DNA of 64,000 nucleotides from Chiloscyllium plagiosum (taxonomy: Eukaryota): the NCBI RefSeq assembly GCF_004010195.1, contig NC_057719.1:45876782-45940781 (forward strand). Reading direction: 5' to 3'. A program made the translations under genes and the position numbers. The notes under the pieces were generated by a model that was not told where the DNA came from, searched no databases, and was given only the letters and a program-made list of their open reading frames with translations. Positions 1 to 13,000 of this stretch are shown one piece after another. Numbering within the stretch: position 1 is the first letter of the stretch; each line of letters begins with the position of its first letter.

Positions 1-292
1 TCTCAAGGATTGTGGAATCAAGGGTTATGGGGATAAAGCAGGAACAGGATACTGATTAAGGATGATCAGCCATGATCATATTGAATGGTGGTGCAGGCTC
101 GAAGGGCAGAATGGCCTACTCCTGCACCTATTGTCGATTGAATTCCCCTGCCCAAGTCTTGTTCTGTTTTGTCGACATTGCTGTCAGCAGAATGGATCCA
201 TTTTTCTGTTTTCCACACCTATCATTCACACCTACTTAACATCTCCTTCTCTCTTTTACTACTATTACCATAACCCTATACGTTTTGCTCTA

Positions 293-416
293 ATTTGGAG
301 ACACTGGTGTTGGACTGGAGTCTACACAACCACCTGATGAAGGAGTAGAACAACTAAAACTAGTGCTTCCAAATAAACCTGTTGGACTATAACCTAGTGT
401 TGTGTGATTTTTAACT
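293..416 (+). mobile_element. Short Penelope-type terminus nested in an older Penelope-like remnant (~200-580)
   Basis: TSD TTTTGCTCTA at 283 and 417; CAC-CTGATGA...CTA-GTG. Confidence 0.7.
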
Positions 417-981
417 TTTTGCTCTAGGCATCCTCACCGTTCACTCCTCATCCACTCTGTCAACAGTGTGAAAACCATTGTATTCCAGCTCCTTCAGTTC
501 TGAAGCATCATTTTGACTTGAAACCTTAACTTTGTTTCTCTCTCCACAGATGCTACCAGACCTGCTGAGTTTCTCTCTTTTTATTTATAACTGGATGGGA
601 AAGCTGTGGATCTCCACTATAAAACTGTCTTAAAACAACTTCTCACACTCAAATGGAACGGAGTTTCTGTTTTTTGTCATCAGAATAGGGTTCTAGCTTA
701 TGGAGTGGTAGAGAGTAAGTGACTATGAATGATTACAGCTAGGAATAGGTCATTGGATCTGCAAGGTCCATGCTAGTCCTAAGTAAATTACCAAGTTCTA
801 ATGGGATATGCTCTCAGTCACGCTAGCCATCTACATTAGAAATTTTACTGTGGTCATTATTTAAATTGTAAATAGTTGATGATGTCAGTGCATGATACAA
901 AAAGCAATGAAATCAGACAATCCTGTGTGAACGCATAATAAATACAAACACTTATTTCAAAGGTTAATGATAAGGTCTCAC

Positions 982-1055
982 CATCAACTTCACAGAAGTT
1001 GTCTGTAGAATCATCATGTCTGTTCCAGTCCAATACTGCTTGTTTTGTTTCTTCA
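982..1055 (-). CDS. ERO1A: ERO1A exon 6
   Basis: 74 nt, [24 protein letters not shown]. Confidence 0.95.
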
Positions 1056-4000
1056 CTAAAATAATAAAAAATGTTTAAACTAATTAAGTAGTAATCACTC
1101 AATGTAGATAACGGCCCCCACTTTAAGTAAATTGTGAGCATTGTGCGGGCATGTATCAAGACAGATAGCAACTCATCAGCACTTCTGTTGCACTTGGCCC
1201 AAGAGATTTTAACACACAGGCCTCATCTACATTCTCACATGCTTCCTGAGTCCAGTCCGAGGTTTCAGCTGGTGGTTCAGAGTGGGATTTTGGATATCAA
1301 GGACCGAAGAAACAGCTGTGTTGACCCTGCAAAGTCCTCCTCTCTAACACCTAGGGGCTAGTGCCAAAATTGAGAGAGCTGTCTCACAGACTAGTCAAGC
1401 AATAACCTGACACAGTCACAATCACAGAAATGTTACAGACACCACCACCACCATCCGCAGATATGTCCTGTCCCATCAGCAAGACTGATCCAGCAGAGGT
1501 GGCGACAGAGTGGTATACAGTTGGGAAGGAGTCGACCTGGGAGTCCTCAACATTACCTCTAGGCATCACGAAGTCTCATGGTTTCAGGTTAAACATGGGC
1601 AAGGAATTATTATTACATACCATTCTCCCTCGGCTGATGAATCAATATTCCTCCATACTGAACATCACTTGGAAGAAGCAGTGAGAATGGCAAGAGGACA
1701 AAACTTCCTTTGGGTAGGGGATTTAAATGTCCACCACCAAGAGTGGTTTGGCAGTAGTGCTACTGATCAAGCTGGTCAGGTCCTAAAGGACATAACTGCT
1801 AGACTGGATCTGCAACAGCTAGTGAAGGAACCAACAAGAGGAAAAGACATACTTGCCCAGGTATATCCTGTCCTTAAAAAGCAAGACAAGTTCAACCCAG
1901 CCAATTACCACTCCATCAGTTGACTCTCGATCATCAGTAAAGTGATGGAAGGTGTCATCAACAGTGCTGTCAAGTAGCACTTGCTCAGCAATAACCTGCT
2001 CAGTGACACCTAATTTGGGCTCTGCCAGGGCCACCCAGCTTCTGACCTTATTACAGCCTTGGTTCAAACATGGACAAAGGAGCTGAATTCCAGAGGTGAG
2101 GTGAGAGTGACAGCCCTTGACATCAAGGCTGCATTCAACCGAGAGTGGAATGTAGTAAAACTGGAATCAATGAGTACCAGGGGACATACCTGGCACATAG
2201 GAAGATGGTTGTGGAAGAAACCAAAGAAGTAATATTTTACCTCTGGTTTCAGCTACTCTAGTCACTGGGTTGCCTGTTGACACCTGGGGTTAAAAACTGC
2301 AGTGAAGCCCTATCCCAATCACAGTCTGAGCTCCATGTGATAGAGTGCTTAAAACAGCAAGTCATAACCACAGCCCAAAGGTTGGCAACCTGTCTGATGG
2401 GATTAAGCTCGGCCATTTTAACTGTATGTTCTTCCAGTTTCTTCCTGACAGTCAGGATTATAAACATTCCCAATATCACAAAGGCAGTATTTTTTTAAGA
2501 TCAAGCTGCAAAAAAATGTTATCCATGCAACAGAGAGACAGTGGAATTTAATGATGCTTGATCCTGTGTCATTTCAATTACCTCAATGAATTGTTGACAG
2601 CACCAAGCTTCTCAGCCTTTTCACAGTCACGGTCATGTTGGGAAATCACATTTGCTTCCATTGTATACTAGAAGTTCACAGAATTAAACCAGTCAATGTT
2701 TTTTTTTAATACATGCACCATAGCGTCGGTAACTGCATTACAAAAGCAACCAAAAATAATTTTCCCAAAATTCATTGTGTACTATATATTGAAAGGAATT
2801 TCATTTTTTTTTGTATAAAGTAGTAGCAGACAGTTCCAGTAACTTGGAGAGGGAAAGATGTGTGAGAGTATGTAAATGGAGATGTGGTTTTTAAATTTGG
2901 GTCTTATTTGTGGGAGAGTCAAGAAAAAGTGGAAAGATTGTAGGAGCATGGGAGAAGGACAGGCAGGAGGTACTGCTGGGTCCAACAGAGACTGTGGGCT
3001 CAGGAAGTAAGGGCAATGATCTTGATACGTCAGGTGAAATAGGAGTGGAGTGAACGGATAGGATAAATAATAAAAAGGGGAATGATCATGATTGCTTGTG
3101 AACTGTTATTAACTACATAAAGCATGTACTTGAAATCTTATTGTAAAGAACAACTCAAATTTCAACAATACAAATAGGTAATGCAAGAATATCAAACAGT
3201 CCACCAATATTACACATCTGCTTGTTTATAATATTCACCAGTGTGTGTAGTTCTGAAATAAAATGCTAGTTGTAAAGGATTTAGTTAAATAGCACACTGC
3301 AGAGCCAAGGGAGAAAGATGTGACAGAACAGAAATTCAAGCTTTGACCTTATGATTTGAGGCCCCATCTGGATCCCTGAATAACACTATTGTCCTGTTGA
3401 TTATTCCTAATAATTAATATAACATTTCTTGTCTGAAAGGTTCTTGGTTAGTCTGGTAGTTTCAACCTTTTACAGAAAAAAATACATTTACTCCTTAAAT
3501 TCTTCATAATTAATTGTCTTAACCAATGTATAAAACATGTTTAGAATAAAAATATGAAACTAAGAGTTTTAAATCAGACAGTAATTCATGCATCCATTTA
3601 AATACTAGCACGTGCACCATGAATTAAATTTGCAAATGTCATACCTTTAAACTTTCTGATCTAATTCCTGCTGGTATTTCATTCTGCAGAAAAAAAACAT
3701 TGTGAAATAACTTAAATGGAAAAACGTATCATTTGAATACACCACGAGATACCATTAAGGATTAATCTAATTAGCTCCTATTTTAGAATCATAGAGAGCT
3801 ACAGCATAGGAAAAGGCCCTTCAGCCCATAACATCCGTGCCAGATGGAAACAACCACCTAACTATTCTAATCCCAATTTCCAGCAAACTATCCAATGGCA
3901 TCACAAGTGGACATTTAAACACTTCTTAAATGTTTGGACGGTTTCTGCCTCTAGCATCCTTACAGACTGTTTCAGATTCCCACCATTGAGTGAATAAAAA

Positions 4001-7000
4001 ACATTTCCTCACAGCTCCTCTAAACCTTTTGTCCTTACTTTAAATCTATGTCCCCAGTTAATGATACTTTCTTTAAGAGTAAAGTTCCTTCCTGTCTATC
4101 CTATTTACACCCCTCATAATTCATTACATCTCAGTAAAATCACCGCCCCACCCCTCAATCTCCTTTGCTCGAAGGAAAATAAAATAACTCGAGTCAGACC
4201 AATCTATTTTCATAACTAATACTTTCCAGCCCAGGCAACATCCTGGTAAATCTTCTCTGCACTCTACCCAACGCTATGACACCCCACCCACAATGTGGAT
4301 TCCTGCACACAATACCATAGTTGTGGCTGAACCAACATTCTCTGCAGTTCCAGCAAATACTCTCTGCTTTTAAACTTGCTTGACTTTATTAGCCAAGGTA
4401 CCATAAACCTTTTTAACCACTTTATCCACCTGTTCTGATTCCTTAAGGCATCAGTGTACACGCATCATTCATCAGGTTTGTTCTGCCCAAGTGCATCACC
4501 TCACATTTATCTGGATTGAATTCCATTTGTCACTGATCAGCCCACCATATTCTCCTGTAATCTGAGGGTAGCCTCCTCATTATTTACCACCTCACCGATT
4601 TTTCTATCATCCACAAACTTAAATGATTAATCCTCCTATAATTCATGTCTGAATCATTTACTTAAATCAGAAATAGCAAGGTCCCCAACACTGACTCCTG
4701 GGGATCAAACTGGACACAGACCTCCAGTTGGAAAAACACCCCTCAACAATCATCCTCTGCCTCCTTCCACTAAGCCAGTTGTGTATTCAATTTGTCAAAT
4801 TTGCTCGGATTCCAGTGGCGCTTATTTTTGCTATCAGTCTCCCACATGGGATCTTATCAAAAGACTTGCTGAAATCCAAGTAGACAATGTCAAAAGCATT
4901 GCCCTCATTTACATACCTGGTCATTTCTTCAAAAAATTCAATCAAATTGGCCAGACACGACCACCCCTAAACAAAACTATGCTCATGGTTCTCGAATACG
5001 CCTTGCCTCTCCAAATGCAGATTAATCCTGTCCCTCTGAATTGCTTCCAATACTTTCTCCACCTCTGAGGTTAGATTGATTAGATTAGATTACATTACAT
5101 TACAGTGTAGAAACAGGCCCTTCGGCCCAACAAGTCCACACCGACCCGCCGAAGCGCAACCAACTCATACCCCTACATTTACCCCTTACCTAACACGACG
5201 GGCAATTTAGCATGGCCAATTCACCTGACCTGCACATCTTTGGACTGTGGGAGGAAACCGGAGCACCCGGAGGAAACCCACGCAGACACGGGGAGAACGT
5301 GCAAACTCCACACAGTCAATCATCTCAGGCAGGAATTGAACCCGGGTCTCTGGTGCTGTGAGGCAACAGTGCTAACCACTGTGCCACCGTGCCGCCCACT
5401 TGACTAGCCTATTGTTTCCTGGTTTATCCCAATCTGCCTTGAACTGAATAACACTAACACATTGGTTTTCCTACATTCCTCTGGCACCTCTCCTGTGGCC
5501 AGAGAGGAATTGAAAATTTTTGCAAGTGCCCCTATTATTCCTTCCCTGCCTCACTGAACAATCTGACATTCATTTTATCTGTCCCTGGATATTTCTCTAC
5601 TCTCAAGCCTGCCAGGTCACTCAAAACCTCCTCTCAGTCTACACTAATTTCTTTAAGTGTATCACAGACCTTCTCCCTGGCTTCCATACCCATATAGTCT
5701 CTCTCACTAGTGGTAGAATGCTTTTTTTACCTAAAACTAAACCATTTAATGAATAAATAATTATATGGTATTACTGCTCCCTGTCCTTATTTCTTTTAAA
5801 AATTTACCTCTATCCACATTCCCTCCTCCCTGTATTTTGGTTTATAAAAGAAATGATGATCTTACGGGCTCACAAGGTTGAACAGCACAATCTCTCAGAC
5901 CACAGTGACTACTATCTGACCAGAACGGACAAGGCTTCTTTAAATTCACCTGTAAAGATTGAAGTGAACAGTTTAAACAAATCTGAGAATCATAGTACAT
6001 AACCAACACAGATAAATACAGAAGAAGATATAACAACATACCTTGTAATATCTGAAGTAATCACTTTCTAGCAGTTCTTGTATTTTGGGAAATAGCTTCT
6101 TGTTATTAAAGTCTTGAATAGTTTCAATATCACAAGTGCAATCGTCGAGGCATCCTGTTAGCTACAGTTAAAGAGTTTAAATTATCATCCTTGCAGTGTC
6201 CTGTAAACTGACTAAATCTTAGATCCTTTGCAAATATGCAGAGAATAGACTACTTTTATCACATTGTTTTCTGAAGCAAAATTGTTCAAAACTGGCACTG
6301 AGCAAATTAAATCTCTATTGTGCAACACAATTGTACTGAGTTGAATTACAATACTACCCGTAAATCTTGTTCAATAGCATAAGGGGCTCCCTACAGGGCA
6401 ACAAGATGAAAAATACATTGCTGGAAAAGTAAGCTGATAGTTCAGACAGCACACTGAGGGCAAAATGACATTTCCATCAATCATTAAGAGTTTCAGTGCT
6501 GCCATATAAAATAGAGAAACAAGGGAACCATGACATTTGAGCCTAAAGGCAGTTTCACTATTCAATAAGATCATGCTGATCTGTGACCCAATTCTTTTGC
6601 TCCACATTCCTCAATATCTTTTGTTTATCAAAAATCAATCTCAAATTTAGAATCAACAATTGACCTAGCATCAACTGCATTTGCAGGCAAGAGTTCCAAT
6701 TTTCTATCACATTTTGGATGCAAAACCATTTCCTAATTTCAGTCCTGAAACATCTGGCTCAAAATTGTAAATGTGTTCCTTAATTCCTGGCTCCAGCAGA
6801 AACAGTTTCTCTTTCTCCACCTTATTGATTCACCTTAATATCTTTAAAACTTTGACTCACTTTCACCTTTCAAAATTCCAGAGAATATAATCCCTGGGTT
6901 TGTATTAAAAGGAAACTGTTTCTATACATAATCATAGTCAGATTTTTAATTGTAAATGTACATCCTCGTTACAGGTTGCTGCAGATATGACACTTGCCAT

Positions 7001-10000
7001 TTTGCTTCAAGAACCGAATGCCTGAGCTTCACAATATCCCTCAAAGCATAGCTTTCATGGTTTTTAAGGAATTGCCTGACTAAATGAATGCTTCGTAATA
7101 GCACAATGCTAGATTTCTCAACAGTAATTGATGAGAAAAAAAGACAAATATTTCTGTTGCAACAAAAATGTTATATCCATTCTCTAGTGGGTAAATCTCT
7201 GTTTTTATGAACATTTTAATTTCCTTTGTGCAAAACCCATATTAGATTGAAGAGGAAGGGATTAAGAGAAGGATCACATGTTGCACAATAACCATGGAAT
7301 TTGCTAACATGACACTCCAATTCCATAGGACAGAATGGACATGGATACTTTGGTTTACTTCCCTTTATTGGTCAGAGCATTGAGCCTTGGAGTTGGGAGA
7401 ACATGTTGCGGCTGTACAGGACTTTGGTTAAGCCACTTTTAGAATATTGTCTGCCATTCTGGTCTCCCTTGTATAGGAAGGATGTTGTGAACTTGAAAGG
7501 ATTCAGAAATGATTTACAATGATGTTGCCAGGGTTGGAGGATTTGAGCTATAGGGAGAGGCTAAATAGACTGGAGCTGTTTTCCCCGGAGAGTCAGAGGG
7601 TGAGGGGTGACCTTATAGAGGTTTATAAAATCATAAAGGGACATAGATATGGTAAATAGACAAGTTCCTTTCCCTGAGGTTGGAGAATCCAGAACTAGAG
7701 GGCATAGGATTAGGGTGAGAGGGGAAACATTTAAAAGGGACCTAAGGGGCAATTGTTTCACACAAAGGGTGGTCCAGGTATGAAATGAGCTGCCAAAGGA
7801 AGTGGTGGAGGCTGGTACAATTACAACATTTAAAATACATCTGGATGGGTACATGAATGGGAAGGGTTTAGAGGGATATGGGCCAAGTGCTGGCAAATGG
7901 AACTGGATTAGTTTAGAGTATATGGTCGGCATGGACAAATTGGACTGAAGGATCTGTTACCGTGCTGTACATCTCTATGACCCTAAGAACATAAACTCCA
8001 TGTCAAAAGTGCAAATAAAGAATAATGAAAGATTGACATACAGGTTTATTGATGTAAATTATATTTCCTGTCAAAACAAAACTTGAAAGTTTAATAAGGG
8101 GAACATTTTCACATCACATCTGACCAGATGTCTGTTAACTGACTCCAAAAGCCCAATTTTAATTTTACAGTGAATGGACTTTAACTGAGTCAAGGTCAGG
8201 CCCTCAGATTATCAATTCTACAATAAAAATCAATGGGCAGGTAATTTACTTCATGGATTCAATTTTATGGAGTGCCACAGTCTCTGCCCAGTCCAGCCAC
8301 AATTCCAATAGCTGTTCTGTAACAATTTAAAACAATTAAATTCTGTAGCCCCCATCTCATTAGCAAGTCCCAGCTTGAAGAGCACTGGTCAATCCAACTG
8401 ACTGCCAGCTCTAGTCCCAACAGTACCGAAAATGTGTTGCTGGAAAAGTGCAGCAGGTCAGGCAGCATCCAAGGAGCAGGAGAATCGACGTTTCGGACAC
8501 GAGCCCTTCTTCAGGAAGTCTGTCTCCAGCAGGCTAAGATAAAAGGTAGGGAGGAGGGNNNNNNNNNNNNNNNNNNNNNNNNNNNNNNNNNNNNNNNNNN
8601 NNNNNNNNNNNNNNNNNNNNNNNNNNNNNNNNNNNNNNNNNNNNNNNNNNNNNNNNNNNNNNNNNNNNNNNNNNNNNNNNNNNNNNNNNNNNNNNNNNNN
8701 NNNNNNNNNNNNNNNNNNNNNNNNNNNNNNNNNNNNNNNNNNNNNNNNNNNNNNNNNNNNNNNNNNNNNNNNNNNNNNNNNNNNNNNNNNNNNNNNNNNN
8801 NNNNNNNNNNNNNNNNNNNNNNNNNNNNNNNNNNNNNNNNNNNNNNNNNNNNNNNNNNNNNNNNNNNNNNNNNNNNNNNNNNNNNNNNNNNNNNNNNNNN
8901 NNNNNNNNNNNNNNNNNNNNNNNNNNNNNNNNNNNNNNNNNNNNNNNNNNNNNNNNNNNNNNNNNNNNNNNNNNNNNNNNNNNNNNNNNNNNNNNNNNNN
9001 NNNNNNNNNNNNNNNNNNNNNNNNNNNNNNNNNNNNNNNNNNNNNNNNNNNNNNNNNNNNNNNNNNNNNNNNNNNNNNNNNNNNNNNNNNNNNNNNNNNN
9101 NNNNNNNNNNNNNNNNNNNNNNNNNNNNNNNNNNNNNNNNNNNNNNNNNNNNNNNNNNNNNNNNNNNNNNNNNNNNNNNNNNNNNNNNNNNNNNNNNNNN
9201 NNNNNNNNNNNNNNNNNNNNNNNNNNNNNNNNNNNNNNNNNNNNNNNNNNNNNNNNNNNNNNNNNNNNNNNNNNNNNNNNNNNNNNNNNNNNNNNNNNNN
9301 NNNNNNNNNNNNNNNNNNNNNNNNNNNNNNNNNNNNNNNNNNNNNNNNNNNNNNNNNNNNNNNNNNNNNNNNNNNNNTAGGTAGCTGTGGGAGTCGGTCG
9401 GTTTATAGTAAATGTCCTTGTTGATTCGTTCGCCCAAGATAGAAATGGAACGGTCTAGGAAGGGGAGGGAGGAGTCTGAGACGGTCCAGGTGAATTTGAG
9501 GTCAGGGTGGTAAAGTCGATGAACTGTTCAACCTCCTCGTGGGAGCACTTGGCAGTGCCGATACCGTCATCGATGCAGTGGAGGAAAAGGTGGGGGGTGG
9601 TGCCAGTGTAGCTGCGGAAGATGGATGTTCCATACTGGGAGTGCAGGTAATTCCAACATGCTTAGTAGCTTTAGGTAGTTTGATTGCTTGACAAGTGGGG
9701 TGCGAATTAGTTTCAAGAAGTTAAAGCTTCTAGACTTCCTGCAATGACAGGGACCTCCCATCGTAGGTGAAATACCAACAGTGCCAGATGAATGTAATTA
9801 TTGACCACTTAAAGGCCTCAATAGGCCCAAAGATGGGCTAGTAACCTGACACCTTCAAATGGGCCAACTGGGCTAGTTTAAAACAGCCCAATGACTTATC
9901 AATGCATCTCAGGCAACAAATCACACAGGTGTCCCCAGAACTACAGAAAGGGAAGCTCTTAATCCACTACAAGTGATCTACGTTATAACCTGAAGACAGA

Positions 10001-13000
10001 CAGTCTAATTATGGCTAATAGACTACTTAAAATTGTATGATTTTTCAAAACGATATCAGTATTTGAACTCCTGCTGTTCATAACATATGTCAGTGATTTG
10101 AAGTTGGGGACCAAATGCAGTACTTCCAAATTTGTGGATGATGCAAAGCTAAGTGGGAATGTGTGTTGTCAGGAAGATGTAAAGTAGCTTTAGGCGGATT
10201 TAGACAAGTTTTGCGAACTGGCAAGAACTCAGTAGGTAGAATTTAATATGGAAAAATATGATGTTATCCACTTCAATAGGAGAAAGAGTTGCAGAGTATT
10301 GCTTAAATAGTAAGAAATTGGAAAGTGTAGATGTACAAAACGACCTAGGTGCCCTTATTAATGTCACTGAAGGCTGACATGCAAGTGTCATGCGCTATTA
10401 AGTCATAAATGGAATGGTAAATGTTACTGCAAGAGTCTTTGACTATGGGTGTAGTGAAGTGGAGCTTGGTTAAGCTGCACCTGGAATATGTTGTGCAGAT
10501 TTAGTCTCCTTATCTTGATATTATTGCCATCGTGGGAGTGCAGTGAAGTTTCATCAGACTTGATCCCAGAATGGCAGTACTGTCCTATGGAGAAAAAGTT
10601 GGAAAATGGACCCTTTATTCTCTAGAAGAGAATTCTATTCGAAGAATGAGGGGTGATGTCATTTAAACATACGACATACTGAAAGGAATACCGGGCAGGT
10701 AACATTTTCCCCAGATTGAGTATTCTGGAAACAGGGGATATAATTTCAAGATAGTGGGGTATACCATTTAGGTCAGAAATTAGGAGATTTTTTTCTTAAA
10801 CTCAGCTGGTTGTGAACCTTTGTAATTCTCTACCACAGAGGGCTGTGGAAGCTCAGTCTTTTCATATGTTTAAAGTAGAAATTGATAGATTTCTGAATAG
10901 TAAGGGCATAGAGGGTTTGGGGATGGGGTGGCTAAAAGCCATTGAGGTGCTTTGTGGTCATGATTATCTTAAATGGTGGGGCAGGCTTAATGTGCTGAAT
11001 GGCCTACTCTTTTTCATAAGTCCTCATGTTTGTAAATTTGTGTTACATTTCAACAGATAAATGTACCATGATCAGCATGTCCAGGTATATCCACTTTTCC
11101 CAGGATAATAATATTTTCATTAGATTTGCTAAAATATGCATTTGCAATTTAGTTTTTAAAAACTCATTTATGTGATACCTCAGTTGAAAAGAGCCTTTGA
11201 ACTAATTCTAATTCTCCCTTCAACAATTTTGTTGTGATTGTATTGTAAAGAACATGTCCTTTTTATTTTTCTGTCTTTTTCAAATGGTGAACAGAAATGA
11301 GAAAATAACTTAAAAACCAAGGATTGCTGCACTTTGGAAAGCAAGGAACCTAACTCTCATTGTAAGCATCATTTTGCTTACAATACAGTAAACAGCTCGA
11401 GGCCGTGAGAAAAAGATGGAGAGAAGCCTTCAGACCTCCACCAGCTCAAGAGCTCTGAGCTCCGATCACTGAACTACTTTCCCAGTTTTCCCTCCATCCA
11501 TAACATCCATGTCTTGTTTTCCTTGCCTGTGTGTATAAGGGGGAGTTTATAAGGCATTAGAATTTTAATTTGTTGCAAGGCGATGGTTCGTAGTTGGTCG
11601 TAGCTATTCTCTAATTATTCGTGAAAAATAATTAATTTTAAGTACAGGAAGCTGATCTGTGCATTCGAACAACTTGGTCTAAAAGGGAATTCTGCATCCT
11701 TTTTAAAAATCTTTAACTTTTGTGACAATTGTGGGTATAGCAGAGCTAGAATTCCAACATTCTAATTCACAGAGGCATGACAATATTTTATCATGCAAAA
11801 ACACAGAATTCTGATTAAAATCAATATGTAGATAAACTGAGACTGAGAACCCACAGCTTCATAATCACAGGCTGGATTTCTGTCACTTCCATATTCACTG
11901 TCAGAGCTTATCGTTATTAATATGGTTCATCGCCACCCAATATACTCCATATGAAACATTATACAATCAAAGGAAAGTCTGTATTTTGTAAAAAGAATGA
12001 TTATTATAATTTTCAAATATGCTATGGGGGTGGCATGATGGCTCAGTGGTTAGCACTGCTGACTCACAGGGACCTGGGTTCAATTCCTGCTGAAACATCG
12101 ATTCTCCTGCTCCTTGGATGCTGCCTGGCCTGCTTGCTTTCCCAGCAACACACACTCGACTCTGATCTGCAGTCCTCACTTCCTCCTAGTTGATTTTAAC
12201 CTTACTGTTAAGCCTCTTCCAAGGATGCTTACCTTGAGGAAGTTCTCCTCCTCTCTCTTCAAAGATCTCCATAGGTACCTTTTATATCTTTCCCCTCTCA
12301 CCCTGAACTATCTGGAATCTCCAAGTTCTAAGTCTAGCCATAGTGTTTATGAGGAGAAAGAGAAGTTACGTTTTGATCTCATTAATGCAATTTTAGGATC
12401 AAGAAGCAAGTTGCTTTATACTAATGTTGATATTGTAGTGCAAATCTGGAATCAGGGCTCTGCCTTAGTGACGACAAGTAATTGCATTTATATAATGCCT
12501 TTAATTCAGTAAAATATCCCAACATCAAACAAAACACTGCAGGTGCCAGGGATCAGCATTAAAAACAAAGTGAAAAACTGAGGAGATTTGGCAACAACTG
12601 TGGAGAGGGAAACAAAGGTAATGTTTTGAATCCAACTAACTTTCCAAATGAAGGGGACTGGCAGAACAGCATTATTTTACACTTTTTATTATAAAACATC
12701 TCAGCATGGCTCAGGGGTGATTATCAGACAAAAAAAGGCACCAGGTAACATTAAAAAACCAATAAATATTATTTCAACGTCATTCACTCAGAGTCAATAA
12801 GTCATAGAGGTGTATAGCACGAGAACAGACCCTTCAGTCCAACCCGTCCGTGCCGACCAGATATCCCAACCGGATCTAGTCCCACCTGCCAGCACTTGGC
12901 CCATTTTCCTCCAAACCCTTCCTATTCATATACCCATCCAGATGCGTTTTAAATACTGCAAAATGTACCAGCCTCCACCACTTCCTCTGGCAGCTCATTC

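Noticed and set aside
5330-5397. tRNA-like sequence (also 20478, 41429, 60127)
   Set aside because: SINE heads followed by SINE body or tail, not tRNA genes.
8434-9437. Two ORFs longer than 300 aa
   Set aside because: Artefacts of translating the N gap.
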